A stretch of 64,000 nt of DNA from Syncephalis fuscata S228 (taxonomy: Eukaryota > Fungi > Zoopagomycota): positions 434,001 through 498,000 of the forward strand of contig JAHLTZ010000001.1 in NCBI GenBank assembly GCA_025786725.1. The letters are read 5' to 3'. Each line of letters starts with the position of its first letter. Within the stretch, counting starts at the first letter, position 1. The position numbers were made by a program, and so were the translations under genes. This document shows, piece by piece, positions 1 to 15,919 of the stretch. The notes below the pieces were generated by a model. The model was not told the origin of the DNA. It saw nothing but the letters and a program-made list of their open reading frames with translations, and made no database searches.

Positions 1-3000
1 GCCATTCTACGTAATACACGCTGGATCTACGGTGTTGTTGTATTTACTGGGCACGAGACAAAACTGATGCGTAATGCCAGGTAATTGCTACATATTAATT
101 GCACAAATTACCTATTACTAATCATCATTATTGCTATAAACAGTGCCACTCCAATCAAACGTACTAGTGTTGAAAAGATGACCAATGTTCAAATTCTCTT
201 TTTGTTTGGTTTGTTGATCGTACTAAGTGTTGCCTGTGCATTAGGTACATTTATCACGGATTTAAAATACTCTAATACAATGTCCTATGTTCCGCGTGAA
301 AGTTCTGTTAAGGATTTTTTTTATAATATCCTTACTTCCTTATTCTATTTAACAATCTTATTCCATCAGGTAAGATGGCAAAAGCGATTTAATTATCATT
401 TACCTGTTATACTAATACAAATATGACAATAGTTTGATTGTAACGATGGAAATGGTCAAGTTTATCAATCAACGCTTATTAACTCGGATCTTGACATGTA
501 CTATGAACCAACTGATACGCCCGCATTGGCTCGTACGAGTAGTTTGGTCGAAGAACTTGGACAGATCGAGTATATCTTTTCGGATAAAACTGGCACTTTA
601 ACCTGTAATATGATGGAGTTTCGACAGAGTAGTATCGCTGGTCTTATGTATTCAGACGCTGTGGATCCATCACAACGAGCCAAAGTGATTGATGGTGAAG
701 TGGTCGGTCTACATGACTTTGATCAACTACGTGAACATACTAAAACGCACGAAAATCGCAATACTATGGTTGAATTTCTTACCTTACTTTCTGCTTGTCA
801 TACGGTTATTCCTGAGGTTAATAATGGTGGTAAGTATATATATATATATATATATAAGTTAATGATAATGAACTGTTTATTAATAATTACAATGATTAGT
901 CATTACATATCAAGCATCGTCGCCAGATGAGGCTGCTCTTGTAGCAGGTGCACAACAACTTGGCTACGTATTTACCGTCCGTCGTCCAAAGTCGATCACT
1001 ATCGAGATTAATGGAGAGCCATCCGAATTTGAAATCCTAAACATTTGTGAATTCAACAGTACACGAAAGAGGATGTCAGCCGTTGTTCGTGGACCCGATG
1101 GCCGTATTAAACTCTATACCAAAGGTGCAGATACAGTCATTTTAGAACGACTTGCTCCAAACAATCCATTCGTTGAACCAACGCTTGAACATCTTGAGGT
1201 AAGTGTAGTACAGTTTAATCGTTCAATTAATACGGTAATTATTAACAAATGGCCATCTACTATTAGGAATATGCCACTGAAGGTCTGCGCACACTTTGTC
1301 TGGCTATGCGTGAAATCCCCGAAGAAGAATATCGCCAATGGTCTGTCATCTATGACAAGGCAGCTACTACACTTGTGAACCGTAGTGATGAGCTTGACAA
1401 AGCAGCCGAATTGATTGAAAAGGATTTGTTTTTACTTGGTGCCACAGCCATTGAAGACAAGCTGCAAGATGGCGTACCTGAAACCATCTACACTTTGGCA
1501 CAAGCTGGTATTAAGATCTGGGTCTTGACAGGTGATCGTCAGGAAACAGCGATTAATATTGGCTATAGCTGTAAATTAATTCAAGAAGATATGTCATTGA
1601 TCATTTGTAATGAAGAGACCCATTGGGAAACAAAAGAGTTCCTTGAAAAGAAACTAAATGCCATTCGCTCTGCACGTAGTGGATTTGAGAATGAACCATT
1701 GGCTTTGGTTATCGATGGCCATTCGCTTAAGTTTGCGCTAGAGAAAGACATTGAGCTTACACTACTTGAGTTGGCTTGTATGTGCAAGGCCGTCATCTGT
1801 TGTCGTGTATCGCCATTGCAAAAGGCATTAGTGGTTAAGCTTGTTAAAAAGCACAAAAAGGCCATTCTTCTAGCCATTGGTGATGGTGCTAACGATGTTA
1901 GTATGATCCAGGCGGCTCATGTAGGTGTTGGCATCAACGGTTTAGAAGGTATGCAAGCAGCACGTAGTTCCGACTTTGCCATTTCTCAATTCCGCTTTTT
2001 GCGCAAACTTCTTCTTGTTCACGGTGCTTGGAGCTACCAACGTTTAAGCAAACTTATTCTATACTCGTTTTACAAAAATATCTGTTTGTATATGACACAG
2101 TTTTGGGTAAGTATTCGTTTATACACTGCTACTAATAACTAATTAAATACACTCTAGTTTGCCTTCTACAACGGCTTCTCTGGTCAAATTATCTACGAAT
2201 CATGGACTATTAGTGCCTATAATGTCATCTTTACCGTTTTACCACCATTGGCCATTGGTATCTTTGACCAGTATCTAGGTGCACGTATGCTTGATCGTTA
2301 TCCAGAATTATACCAACTAGGACAAAAGAAAGAGTTTGTAAGCACAATACTTTGTTTGTATTTAGTAATAACACTAACAATGCCATTGCTACTATTTAGT
2401 TCAATGTACGCAACTTTTGGGGCTGGACAGCCAATGCCTTTTACCATTCATTGGTAAGATAGTTTGCAACTACTTTGATCCAGTATTAACTTATAATATG
2501 TTATTAGGTTCTTTTCTTTGCAGCAGTGCTTATTTTCAGTCAAGATCTTATCTTACCTAATGGCACTACTGGAGGCCATTGGGCATTCGGTACCACACTT
2601 TACACTGCCGTGCTTGGCACAGTACTATTAAAGGCTGCTCTTATTAATGAGTAAGTTATAGTAGACATCATCTAATACGGCCATCATCTAACCTAATAAT
2701 TACAGCCTATGGACAAAGTTCTCATGGGTCTCTATTCCTGGTTCATTTATTGTTTGGATTCTATTATTTGCACTATACGCATCTGTAACATCCTATACAT
2801 CCAACTTTGCACTCGAATATAAGGGTCTTCTACCGGTACTTTATGGAAGCGGTGTATTTTGGTTTACCATTATTGTACTGCCCATTTTTGCATTCTACGT
2901 GATTATGCATGGAAATAGTAAGTATTAAATATATATATAATATATATATATATTATAAATACTAATCATTTCACCTATTTAGCATTAAACGTATGTACTT

Positions 3001-3211
3001 CCCTCGTACCTATCACTACATTCAAGAGATCCAAAAGTTCAACATTCCCGACTACCGACCACGTATGGAACGTTTCCGCAAGGCTGTTCACAAGGTCCGT
3101 CTTATCCAACGTCTCAAGCGCAATCGCGGTTTTGCCTTTTCACAAAGCGAAGCTGGTCAAGCACATCTTATCCGTGCCTACGACACAACGATGGAGAAGC
3201 CACGCGGTTAA
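1..3211 (+). CDS. DRS2: P4-type ATPase phospholipid flippase, Drs2/ATP8A-like (5' part outside window; multi-exon)
   Basis: Motifs EELGQIEYIFSDKTGTLT (phosphorylation site), LLGATAIEDKLQ, WVLTGD, LAIGDGANDVSMIQ and the Drs2-type C-terminal RNRGFAFSQ. Short GT-AG introns separate the ORF pieces. A few 1-nt homopolymer frameshifts (~335, ~362, ~462, ~2890). Confidence 0.93.
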
Positions 3212-3567
3212 TGAAGAAGAGAGATTTCTATTCATTTGTTGTTATTTCATCTAATGACTCTTATTCTCGTTTCATATTGTCTATGTCCACATCATCATCA
3301 TCATCACTCTATCACTTTACAAATATATATCTCTATGTGTGCGTACATTCATGTCTATCTATATGTGTGTGTACTTTTCTATTCATTATTTTATTATGGT
3401 AATGATAGTCATTAGCGTATATTAATAATCATATAGACGTGTTTAATTTGCTATCATTATTACTATAACCATATTTAAGAACTTTAATAACAAGACTCTA
3501 CTACAAAGGTAATAACAACAACGCTAATAATCTACATTTACATTTATATCTTCATTGGACAATTAAT

Positions 3568-5677
<2,110 letters not shown>

Positions 5678-6446
5678 CTAATTGGAATGATGCTGAACTG
5701 CGCAAATAGACAGTAGTAGTAGGAAGAGGAGGAGAAGAAAGAGGAGAAGTAGAAAGGATAGTATATAGACGGCGAGAATAGATACTAAAGCAACGAGATG
5801 ACCAAAATGACCAGGTGAGCGTGTTATCGGATAAAGAAAGCGTAGAGCTACCTTTAGCGGCAATCAAGGCAATTCAAACTGCAAGGCGGTGTGTTACTGG
5901 AATGTGACACCTTTGGCAGTCTAGTCTCTATATATATCTTTATTATGTCACTGTTGCATTAACGTGTACACCATGCACTTGATATCATTGTTTATTGTTT
6001 CATTGTATAGCATGGTGGGTTGTACGTTGATACATCATACCATTGTATAATACAATGATGTAAGAAGTTGTTTTAACCGTCTAACAAACTAGAACATACA
6101 ATGATGAATACAGGTCTATCAGTATATATATATGTATATAATCAAGATTATTTATTAAATCAGCACTATAATTAAGTATCCATTCTATCAATATAATAGT
6201 GTAAATCAATGTAGTGCTAGTATCAACCGACTTATAAATCTAAAATAGCGCGTGTATTAAAATAATAAATAATAAAAATAAATTTATTTAACGCTGAAAA
6301 TTAGTAAAATAGTAAACGAATAAATTACTATTTAAATTGTTACATTCGCATAAAAGTAATTAGTTGACTTAGTAATAAAGCCTTAAATTAATCACATTTT
6401 ACTGATGATTGTAATCAATATTTACAATATATAAGATTAATATGCT

Positions 6447-8078
6447 TTATTCAGATTGTCCGTCTGGTTTATCCTCATTCTCAGCATCATCTTCTTCACC
6501 TTCTTCACCTTCATCGTCATCGTCATCGCCATCGCCATCGCCATCTTCAATCGATAACATGCCTGTCGCATTACATAATTGCAAAATACGTTCCGCTTCT
6601 TCTTCTTCAAGTGTTTTTAATACGGTATTAACTCGTTCTAAATCACCAGACAATAATGCATGCTGGAAGGGTGCAGGGAATGACTGGAATGCCGTAACAC
6701 GGGCTAGGTCAGATTCTGTCGCTGTTTCCGGTACAGCAATATCAATGGGCTCATTGGGATCACGTTCATCAAGTATTTGTTGTCGTTTTGCGTCACGTTC
6801 CTCTTGCTCCTTTCGCAACACAATGCAGCGCTCTTTAATATGTGCATGTGTTTTAACAACATCATCTTCAAACACTTCAATAGCCCGTCGATCTGGTCCC
6901 AATAATCTAAATAAGCAATTATAGATGTAAACGATAAGTATTACCGATGATATAGCCACGTGAGTCTATTATTGTGTATTACCGTTGAAAGAACTTTTCA
7001 AAGTAACGACCATCGCCTAATTCCGAACAATACTGCAGTATCTTTGCTTGTCGAATATATTGTTCAACTTTTTCCGGCTTATCGGCCAATTGAAGCGTAA
7101 ATGCTTCAGATAAAATTTCATCGGATATTTCAGCCGATGATAACCAAGGATTAGCACGCATAAAAGCATAGCTTTTCTCAAACCCTTTAATTTCTGCAAA
7201 TTCTCGTGCTTCTTTTGTCTTAATATACTGCTCATCACCTTCCTCTTCCTCTTCTTCCTCTTCCTCTTTTTCTTCTTTTCTTCTTTTGCTTTTTCTTTCT
7301 TGTTCTTGGTTTTATCTCCTTTACTTGTCTCTGCTGTCTTTTCCTATAATTCAATTATTAATATATTTCTATATAATAAATGTATATTTACTTTGTTAAC
7401 CGTATCGTAGCCTGGATTCAATACCTCCACCGTGGATTCTTTAGCTTGATTGCTTTTTTTAATAATCTATTATTTTTGTTAATAAATCAATCAAATAAAT
7501 TGACACTATCCTACAGTTTTGTTAAATCCATCATGGCAAAGATTATCCATAGTCAATTTGCTTGCTTCTTCCTTTTCTAACTCTTCCAGCTCTTTCTTTA
7601 CTTCACTAGAACGTTGGTTCAGTTTGTCTTTATGTACTCGCAGTTCGTTTAATAGTCGTGTTTTTATCAACACATCGCTTTTATCTCCAAAAACCTCTTT
7701 GGATACTTGAAGTTGCATCAAAAGTGCAGCAATCATATCGTCATATGGTGGACTATTGTCTTGTCGTTCAGCATTTGGTGCCTTTCCTTGTTCGCGATAC
7801 ATCTCTATCCATGCATTCATATCGTCTGCCTTGGTAACCGACGTTTCCTCACGTTGTACTTTTTCTACAACCTGTCCCAATCGTTTTAACAAAGCTGCAT
7901 TCATTGTAGATTCTGCCTTGAGTGCTTCAATCTTATCTCGTCGTTCCTGTCGCTTCTGATGAATGTCCTCTTGTCGCCAGCGAATAAACGACGCCTTGTC
8001 TACATTAGGATGACATTCAAAATCCTCGTCATCGCTCAGCTCCAACTTGTCCCACTTTGAATAATCCAAGCGGCTCAT
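6447..8078 (-). CDS. CDC37: Hsp90 co-chaperone Cdc37 (multi-exon)
   Basis: N-terminus MSRLDYSKWDKLELSDDEDFECHPNVDKASFIRWRQ is the Cdc37 signature; C-terminal FQSFPAPFQHAL and acidic tail. Confidence 0.95.
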
Positions 8079-9189
8079 AATGATAACACTTGAAAGGCTG
8101 TAGTAATTCAAGAATTACGAAAATAATAATAATAACAATAAAAGAAGAAACTTCGTCTCTCAACGTAGAACATCATGGATTATTATCGTCAATCACGTGA
8201 TACCAAGTACGTCATGTGTTTAGTTTACTGGTTTTAATCTTGTTAAAAGCTGACTAATATTCTAGTGGTCTACATTTTCTTAGTAATGTTAAAACGCGAA
8301 TGCTGTAGATTAATTGTACTTTTGGAACTTAGCTTAAATTAGTTGCATACCATGTTCTCTAGGTCCTGCCCTCTACAGACAGAACGGCTTTACGCTTCAT
8401 AGCGCTAATATGTAGTAGTAGTCACAATATTTGTGAAACTTGTACTTATAGCGTATACGTAAAAATAGAAAATAAAACGTACACCTTTGTTCAGATATAA
8501 TAGATCATAATATTTATGCTATAAAATATGCCATCTGATATATGATCAGTATTCGTTACACTGCGTTCCTTCTATCCAATTTCCTTTGTTATTCTTTATT
8601 GCTGCATTCATATTCCATTTACTGTTTATTTGTGTTCCATTTATGACAACATTTTTGTCCCATTTATTACTACATCTTTATTTTCTATTTCACAGCAACT
8701 TGTTGCAATGAACAATCTAAAACAGTGCTTCTTCTGTCTAACTATGTAAAAATAGCTTTTACTATATCTCTTGTATTAATGAATATTAATTTCGTCAAAA
8801 ATATTAATTAAATTGCTATTTTTTACTTTCCTTTTACCATTGTTGCTTGTTTATTTGCCTATTTCCTTGTATCTTCTTTAGTTACTTGGAGTTATTGTAC
8901 TTTGAATTTTACATTTTTATTTATCCATTTCACCCCTCAACACTTTTAGATACAATTAAACATTTACTCATCACTATTCTATGTATAACATTACATCCAA
9001 CATTAACTAATTCATGTGTAATTATCAATACAATAATGTAATGTAATTAGTTATTTTTATTATTGTTTTAATATATACATTGTCATTATGATATTAATTG
9101 TTCAAATGTCATTTATTTAGTCAGATTGGCTATAAAGGAAGTGGCTGTTTAATAAACGACATTTGTATTAATTATATTGATTTGAGCTT

Positions 9190-9450
9190 ACATTGCAAAT
9201 ATGCCTAAAATGCAACAGTAGAATATTAGAAAATAGAAGAGGCCATTCAGATACAATAATTTATGTTGTACATAGATGCAATAACAACAAATGCGGAATG
9301 ACATGAAATCACAATCATGTGGCTTTTATTAATATTCAATCAATCTTTCTACACATGGCCAACAATAATAATGATCGACCTCAAATGTTTCAAAGAAATC
9401 AAATAGTATGTTAAATTGTTTATTTAAATTAATTTATTAACAATATTTTA
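9190..9450 (-). repeat. Degenerate inverted copy of the dispersed repeat at 38540-38805 / 45872-46070
   Basis: Reverse complement aligns by eye, e.g. 9191 cattgcaaatatgcctaaaatgcaacagtagaa vs 38774-38806 ttctactgttgcattttgggcctatttgcaatg, and caaagaaatcaaatag vs ctatttgatttcttt. Confidence 0.75.
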
Positions 9451-9688
9451 ATAGAAAGTAATATAACTATGTTGTGCATAACAGTGCGACTTCAATTGGA
9501 ACAAATTTTACTTTAAGGACTTAAAATGTAAGAGTTGGTACAATTCAGCCAGCTATTTTGTATACTTAGTTAAGTATTATTTATTATTTATTTTTAGTAA
9601 TAGCATAGATGCTACAAATGTTTAGCATCAGATCACGTCATTAATGATTACATTTATACCTAATGCGTTGAATATAATTTGTTCCAAT

Positions 9689-10227
9689 TTTAATTTTAAA
9701 AATGCAACTTAGATGACCAAAAACATCTTATTCTAAAGCTATTTTATAATGCTAGCTTTTAATGCTTATTAGCATTTACCTTAACGCTCAAAATACAATG
9801 CGTTGCTTTGTTGTATTGATTTAATAATAAACTTATTCCTTATTGATCAGCAATTAGCACAGTTTAATTATAATAAACTGAATAGCTTATGCCACACTAA
9901 CTAGAAATAACCCGTTTTGATATTCAATAAAGGTATCATTTGTAATAGATATAGCTAATAGCAGAACTTGAACGCTTTGTGATATTTCATTATCAGTATA
10001 TTGTAGCAGTTTGTGTAATTTTTCATATGCCCAAATTAGCAGATATTCATTAGCTACATTTTGTACTAATTGTTTGTTATCAGCCATCGATGCTAATATC
10101 CAATATATATATATATTACTCTTGTGACCGACTACATATTATGTTAACAGATTTGTCTAGTTGCATTGCATATTTCTTAGTTACACTATAACAAGACTCT
10201 GTCGATAATATCAGGATAGTAACAACA
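9689..10227. repeat. ~540-bp direct repeat, copy 1 (flanks subtilase gene)
   Basis: Near-identical to 13353-13892; both yield the same 66-aa ORF in the ORF track. Confidence 0.95.
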
Positions 10228-10435
10228 CTTGACTTATTTAACATCAAATAATAAACAAAACTGCTTTTATTTAATCAATATCAAATTGTTGCTCTAATTG
10301 TTTTATTAGTAATTTCAATATATGAGCGTAAAAAGCATTATACGCCAGTATGGATGCAGTACTTGTATTAACATTAATTGGAATATAGCTAGAAAGAATC
10401 TATGGTTGCTTTTATTTAATATCAAACAACGAGCA

Positions 10436-12425
10436 TTATTGTGCTGGATTTATAATTCCAAAATATGGAATACGCACAGCATCATACGACAGTAAGGGTG
10501 TAATGCTTATATCAATATCGACTGTAATATAACCGGAGAAAATTAAAGTTTGGTGATTACGCAATGCTTCTGGTGCTATGATTTTAACAGTTATTTCTTT
10601 TATCTCTTTGTAGCCCAATTCAAATCTTGTCTCGGAAAATAAAATCTTTGCATTTGAAAATGCACGTTGAAACATTTTTGGCTCATCTTTTTGATTGGGA
10701 TGTAAGCGACTAACAGAAGCAACCGGTGTTTGTCCCATTATATATTTGCGTCGTTTATGACTGATATTTTTAATACGGATCGTTCTAGTGAGGTGGCCAT
10801 CGGCATTTCTGACCCAAAATCTATCATTACCAAGACTAATTGATGATGGTATAACAACCAGCTTATCGGTAACAATACGGAAGGCATCGAGTAAACCGGC
10901 GCCTTGGTTAACCACTGATTCAGCCTCTAGACGTGCAGTGTTTAGCACTGGCGCAGCAGTATTGTGAAATCTAGCTTTTAATATAGCAATATTTACTCTT
11001 TTTTTGTCACTAGTATGACAAGAAGAGCAGCAGTACCTGCAGCATAGGCAGCTGCAAGTGATGGTCCATTGGCCAGTTCATAGAAGCCTTTCCTTACTGG
11101 TATAGTCGTAAATAACATGGTGCTTGGCGCTGAAACATCCGGATAGGATAAAGTATTTGACGAAAAGTCTTGTACTGAATTTTTATCTACATGCATCATT
11201 TCAGGCATATCCAATTGCCCTACTTTTCCTTTAAAATTCATTTGTATTGTTTGGGTTATTTCTAAATGCTCCGATATTTGATCAAAATAATATGGCCAAA
11301 CATAAAATAGAGGAAGCTCACAAACAGTTGTTCCTGATAGCTGCTCCTTTAATTCCGTAATAACGCCTTTGGCACCATGTTTGTTTGCTTCAGCCAGTAA
11401 TTGACTAGAAGAACAGCTGTTAAGCTTTATAAAAGCAACCTTTCCTTCGACATCTCCAATAAGTTGACATTTGCCATCATTGATAGTCTACCAATAGCAG
11501 GAGCAGCGTTTACCAAATCCAATTTATGATTTATATTACGGCAATTGGTTTTATAAGGAATTGGCACGTCATAGATGCTTTTTAGTGAAAACCAGTAAGT
11601 CATATCGAATGGCATGACAATACCACCAACTAGCAACACATAGGGTCGAATCAGCAAAGAAATGTCCATCATATTTTTGTACTGATTGCCACTAGCAACT
11701 GGCATTACAATTGCTACACCAAGGTTAGTCATTTCTTCAACTATTGTTACTATGTCATTCATAGCTGGGCCGGCTCTAGCATAGGTTGGCATAATAATAA
11801 TGTCCATTTCGTCATCCTTTGCTTTTTTGAGTGCACGGTAGATAATAGATGTAGTAGTAGCACCAACACATCCAAATACACGGTATGCACCCAACGTTGC
11901 ATCAGGTGCAACACCGTAGAATGGGTCCTGTTTACCGGCAATAATACCGGCAAGTCGAGTACCTTGACCATTGCAAGTATCAATGGGATCATCGCTTGGT
12001 ATCGGATTATTAAAGCCAGTAAAGTCGTTACCAACAAAGTTATAACCAAATGCAACTTTATGGCCAGGACCAAAGTGGCCACCAAGAGCAGGATGCGTAT
12101 AATCGACACCACTATCTATAATGCCTATTTTAATACCAGCCCCAAAGTTGTTTGAAGCATGAAGTTTAGATACTTTGGTCGCTTTATGTGGGCTAGGCGG
12201 CTTTAATAGGCGGTTTACACCATAAGCATGCACATATGGCTTTGTTTTATCGGGTATGGCAATAATAGTCTGTTCTTGCACATCACTATTTACTGCCATA
12301 TAGCCTTGATTTGGAATACTTGAAACTATTGGAGAACTACCCAGCGAGTGCTGGTTGATAGACTGAACTACCATGTAGTCGGACAAAAGTAAAAATAAAG
12401 CACCAAGTGCTGATGCTAGCTTCAT
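10436..12425 (-). CDS. Secreted subtilisin-like S8 protein (Vpr/C5a-like, PA and Fn3-like regions); catalytic His substituted; frameshifted (pseudogene or assembly errors)
   Basis: Signal peptide MKLASALGALFLLL; GAGIKIGIIDSGVDYTHPALGG, FGYNFVG, CNGQGTRLAGII, GVAPDATLGAYRVFGC, PDVSAP, GPSLAAAYAAG, QGAGLLDA. Apparently intronless, split over three ORFs. Confidence 0.85.
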
Positions 12426-13352
12426 ATCTATAATTCTAATTATGAAGAGCAAGTTTAAAAATCAAGGCAGCAAGACAGCCGTCTATAGTTTTCTAGTATG
12501 GGACGTGTATAAGCGTATAAAATTTGTAAAGTGAAATAAAAATTAAATCTTTTGAATTATTCGATGCATCTTATTTAAATATACAATATATGGACTCCGT
12601 CAGCAACTATGTAGAAAAAATAATTTCAAATTTTTATTTTAAGATTTAAAATGCTATAAAAAGATCAACAAATTGAATCGGGTACTAAACACATGGGCTA
12701 ATCTCGATTAAACCTAAATTGCACATTATTACGACCATTTCAGTATGATTTGGTGAAGATGAGATTTTTTCTTCGCATCTGTTGTATATTCTTTCTACGA
12801 CCATGATGTCATCATCTCTACGTCTTCTCGTAGTGTGTTTTCTCAGTAACATTGCTGCATGCCATGTATCTTTATAGCTGCTTGATAATTTGCATTAAGA
12901 GGTATAGTACTTACATTTTTTATTGCTGTAACTTGGTTGTGGTATGTCTGAGTTACAGCTCCATTTTCATGTTTTCTCTTTAAATCCACAAACTTGGCTA
13001 TATTTGAGATCGCTAAAAGGGTGATCGCGTTTCACTTTGTGTTTGATCCCAAAAAAGTTAAACATATTTTGTTATCGTATTGTCATACATGATACCACTG
13101 GATTGCTTAGCATCTGCAGATTCTTTGCACTATTTCTTGTTTAGCAATAAAGTTTTATTATAAAAAGCCAGCTTATACTTAATTGATGGGTGCTAATTGG
13201 AAGGATTGATAAAAGATAATGAGCACGTATACACTTGATTTAACTAAGATTAAATAATTACTATGATTACAATTGGCTAATACATTGAATAGTTAACAGA
13301 GCTATTTTTATTTAAATAGCATTAAATAATGAACATGATTGCACAGTTAAAG

Positions 13353-13892
13353 TTTAATTTTAAAAATGCAACTTAGATGACCAAAAAACATCTTATTCTA
13401 AAGCTATTTTATAATGCTAGCTTTTAATGCTTAGTAGCATTTACCTTAACGCTCAAAATACAATGCGTTGCTTTGTTGTATTGATTTAATAATAAACTTA
13501 TTCCTTATTGATCAGCAATTAGCACAGTTTAATTATAATAAACTGAATAGCTTATGCCACACTAACTAGAAATAACCCGTTTTGATATTCAATAAAGGTA
13601 TCATTTGTAATAGATATAGCTAATAGCAGAACTTGAACGCTTTGTGATATTTCATTATCAGTATATTGTAGCAGTTTGTGTAATTTTTCATATGCCCAAA
13701 TTAGCAGATATTCATTAGCTACATTTTGTACTAATTGTTTGTTATCAGCCATCGATGCTAATATCCAATATATATATATATTACTCTTGTGACCGACTAC
13801 ATATTATGTTAACAGATTTGTCTAGCTGTATTGCATATTTCTTAGTTACACTGTAACAAGGCTCTGTCGATAATATCATGACAGCAGCAACA
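13353..13892. repeat. ~540-bp direct repeat, copy 2
   Basis: Near-identical to 9689-10227. Confidence 0.95.
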
Positions 13893-15919
13893 TAATGAGT
13901 AAACATCCTATTTGCATTTCTTTTAAATAAGTATTTTTACTTGAATATTTAATCTGTATTCAAATTGCTTGTATTATTTGTAACTAACATATTTTATTGT
14001 ATTAATTTAAATAATGGCATTAATGGTGGCAGTATAGTTTAGCATACATATACGTTGTGGGGAATGCTGTAATGTAACTGTCAATTATTACGCTTAATAG
14101 TATGTTGATTTTCGTAATGTTGATTATTGTGATAAATAAATTTTAAATAAAAATAAAAGTATGTTAATTTTAATTAATTCATTCAATGTATACATATAAT
14201 AATGATATTTGAAAAGTAGATAAATAATAATAATAATTCATATACATTGTAACATCTCTCACAAAGTATATGTATAAATATGTACACATTAAATTACCTG
14301 TTGTCGTTACAGTCATTGTTTGTCAAGTCATTCCTAGTGCTGCCTGCCTTTGTATGTGAGTTGGCCTTTTAAACTTGATATATACATATATATATATATA
14401 CATTTCAGAAAGCCTTTGCATTATTTCATTTTCATTTCTCCATCAATTCAATTTCAATTTTGTCTTTATTCTTTGACCTTCTACTTGTGCGAATAAGCAG
14501 TGTTGGCGGAATTTGACATATCAGCATAGTCTTCTGCTTTCCCACGACTATTATTAGTTCTTTTCTTCCGACTGAAGCTTACTGGCGCACGCTTTCTCTC
14601 ACTGTTCCTGTGTGAATAGGTGTGTTTGTTCAACTTGGCGGTATTACAATTTTGGTTAATGCGCTTGGGCTGGTGCGTCTATTTACCCATATTTTTTTCT
14701 ATTTGTTACGCTTATTGCAGACAAAAGCAATCGTCAAATTGCACGTTATTCTACTATTGGCCCTTATACTGCTAATGTCTACTGTCTATTATTTGTTATT
14801 TTATTAGCAGACACGCTCTATTAGTTATTTTGCTGTTTATTTTACGCTATTGTAGACTACGCTTTTATTGTCAACGTGTGTTGATATATAGTGACGATCA
14901 CAGCTTGCCTACGTTGATACCACTGTTTTTACTTTTCCCGCCAAAAAGCAATAGCCAAATTGTGTGTTTAGTATACTTGCCGTAGTCAATATAGCCAAAC
15001 GACTCCCATTTATAATTCTTTTATATTTGACGAGGAAGCTGGTTACGTAGCTACATATTAATCTATTCGACCATATCTGCGCTATTACACCAAATCTGCA
15101 CGCAGCAGTTGAACACTCCTCTCTTTCCCGATTGGTAGCAGTACGCATTAACAACAACGCCTGTATTGGTTTGGCCCATCTTGGCTTGAGCAGTTATCTC
15201 TTTTATTTTACACCTTTATTGCATCCCTTACTTTGCTTTTTCTCATTACTCAGTCATCAGGCTATTTTCTTTCTTTGAATAGCTGTTGTCAGCACGTGTA
15301 GGTACGTATTTTATTTAATACAGGTTGTACTGTGGCTGACAGTCACGTTGTAGCAAAAACGTACTATTCGGCATATTGAAACGCCTTTGGAATCTGCACT
15401 ACAGCTACCGTCTTACTATCCAAGAATAGGAGTTGTTTTAATTGAATATATATTTGAAATAGTAAGTATACATGCTGAAACAATGGAAGGTCGGACAATG
15501 ATCATCCTGGGCGTGCATGGATTTTCTTTTTTGGTCGTTATAATTAGATATCGTGAATAGCTATTACCCTGCTTACTACATTAGTACTTTTTATCTTTTC
15601 GGTAAGTCTGTCAATTTTACAGACTGTCTGAGGGGAGTGAAACTCACGTTACAAACACGTGAACACTGAAAAAGACGAATACCAGAATTAATATTAATTG
15701 CCATGTTGTGGCTATTTTGTTCCGCCTTTCACGCTTATGTCAATACTTGATATCCACTTTCTTTCAAATCGATTCACGCTAACGAACAATTGAACAACCG
15801 ATTGCTGCAGCTATTGACTTGCTGGACAGTCGTTTTATTTTATTTTTATTTCATTTCACTTTCACTTTCTTAGTGGCCACCTATTGTCTATTTACTTGTA
15901 AAAACACGAATTCCACACC

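Noticed and set aside
8193-8200. TCACGTGA E-box upstream of CDC37 (also ~26164)
   Set aside because: Short motif that can occur by chance; no independent support.
9887-10087. 66-aa ORF duplicated at 13552-13752
   Set aside because: Lies wholly inside the 540-bp repeat with no recognisable domain; the identity is explained by the duplication.
9689-13892. Autonomous LTR retrotransposon
   Set aside because: No gag/pol, and no clear TG..CA termini, PBS or TSD.
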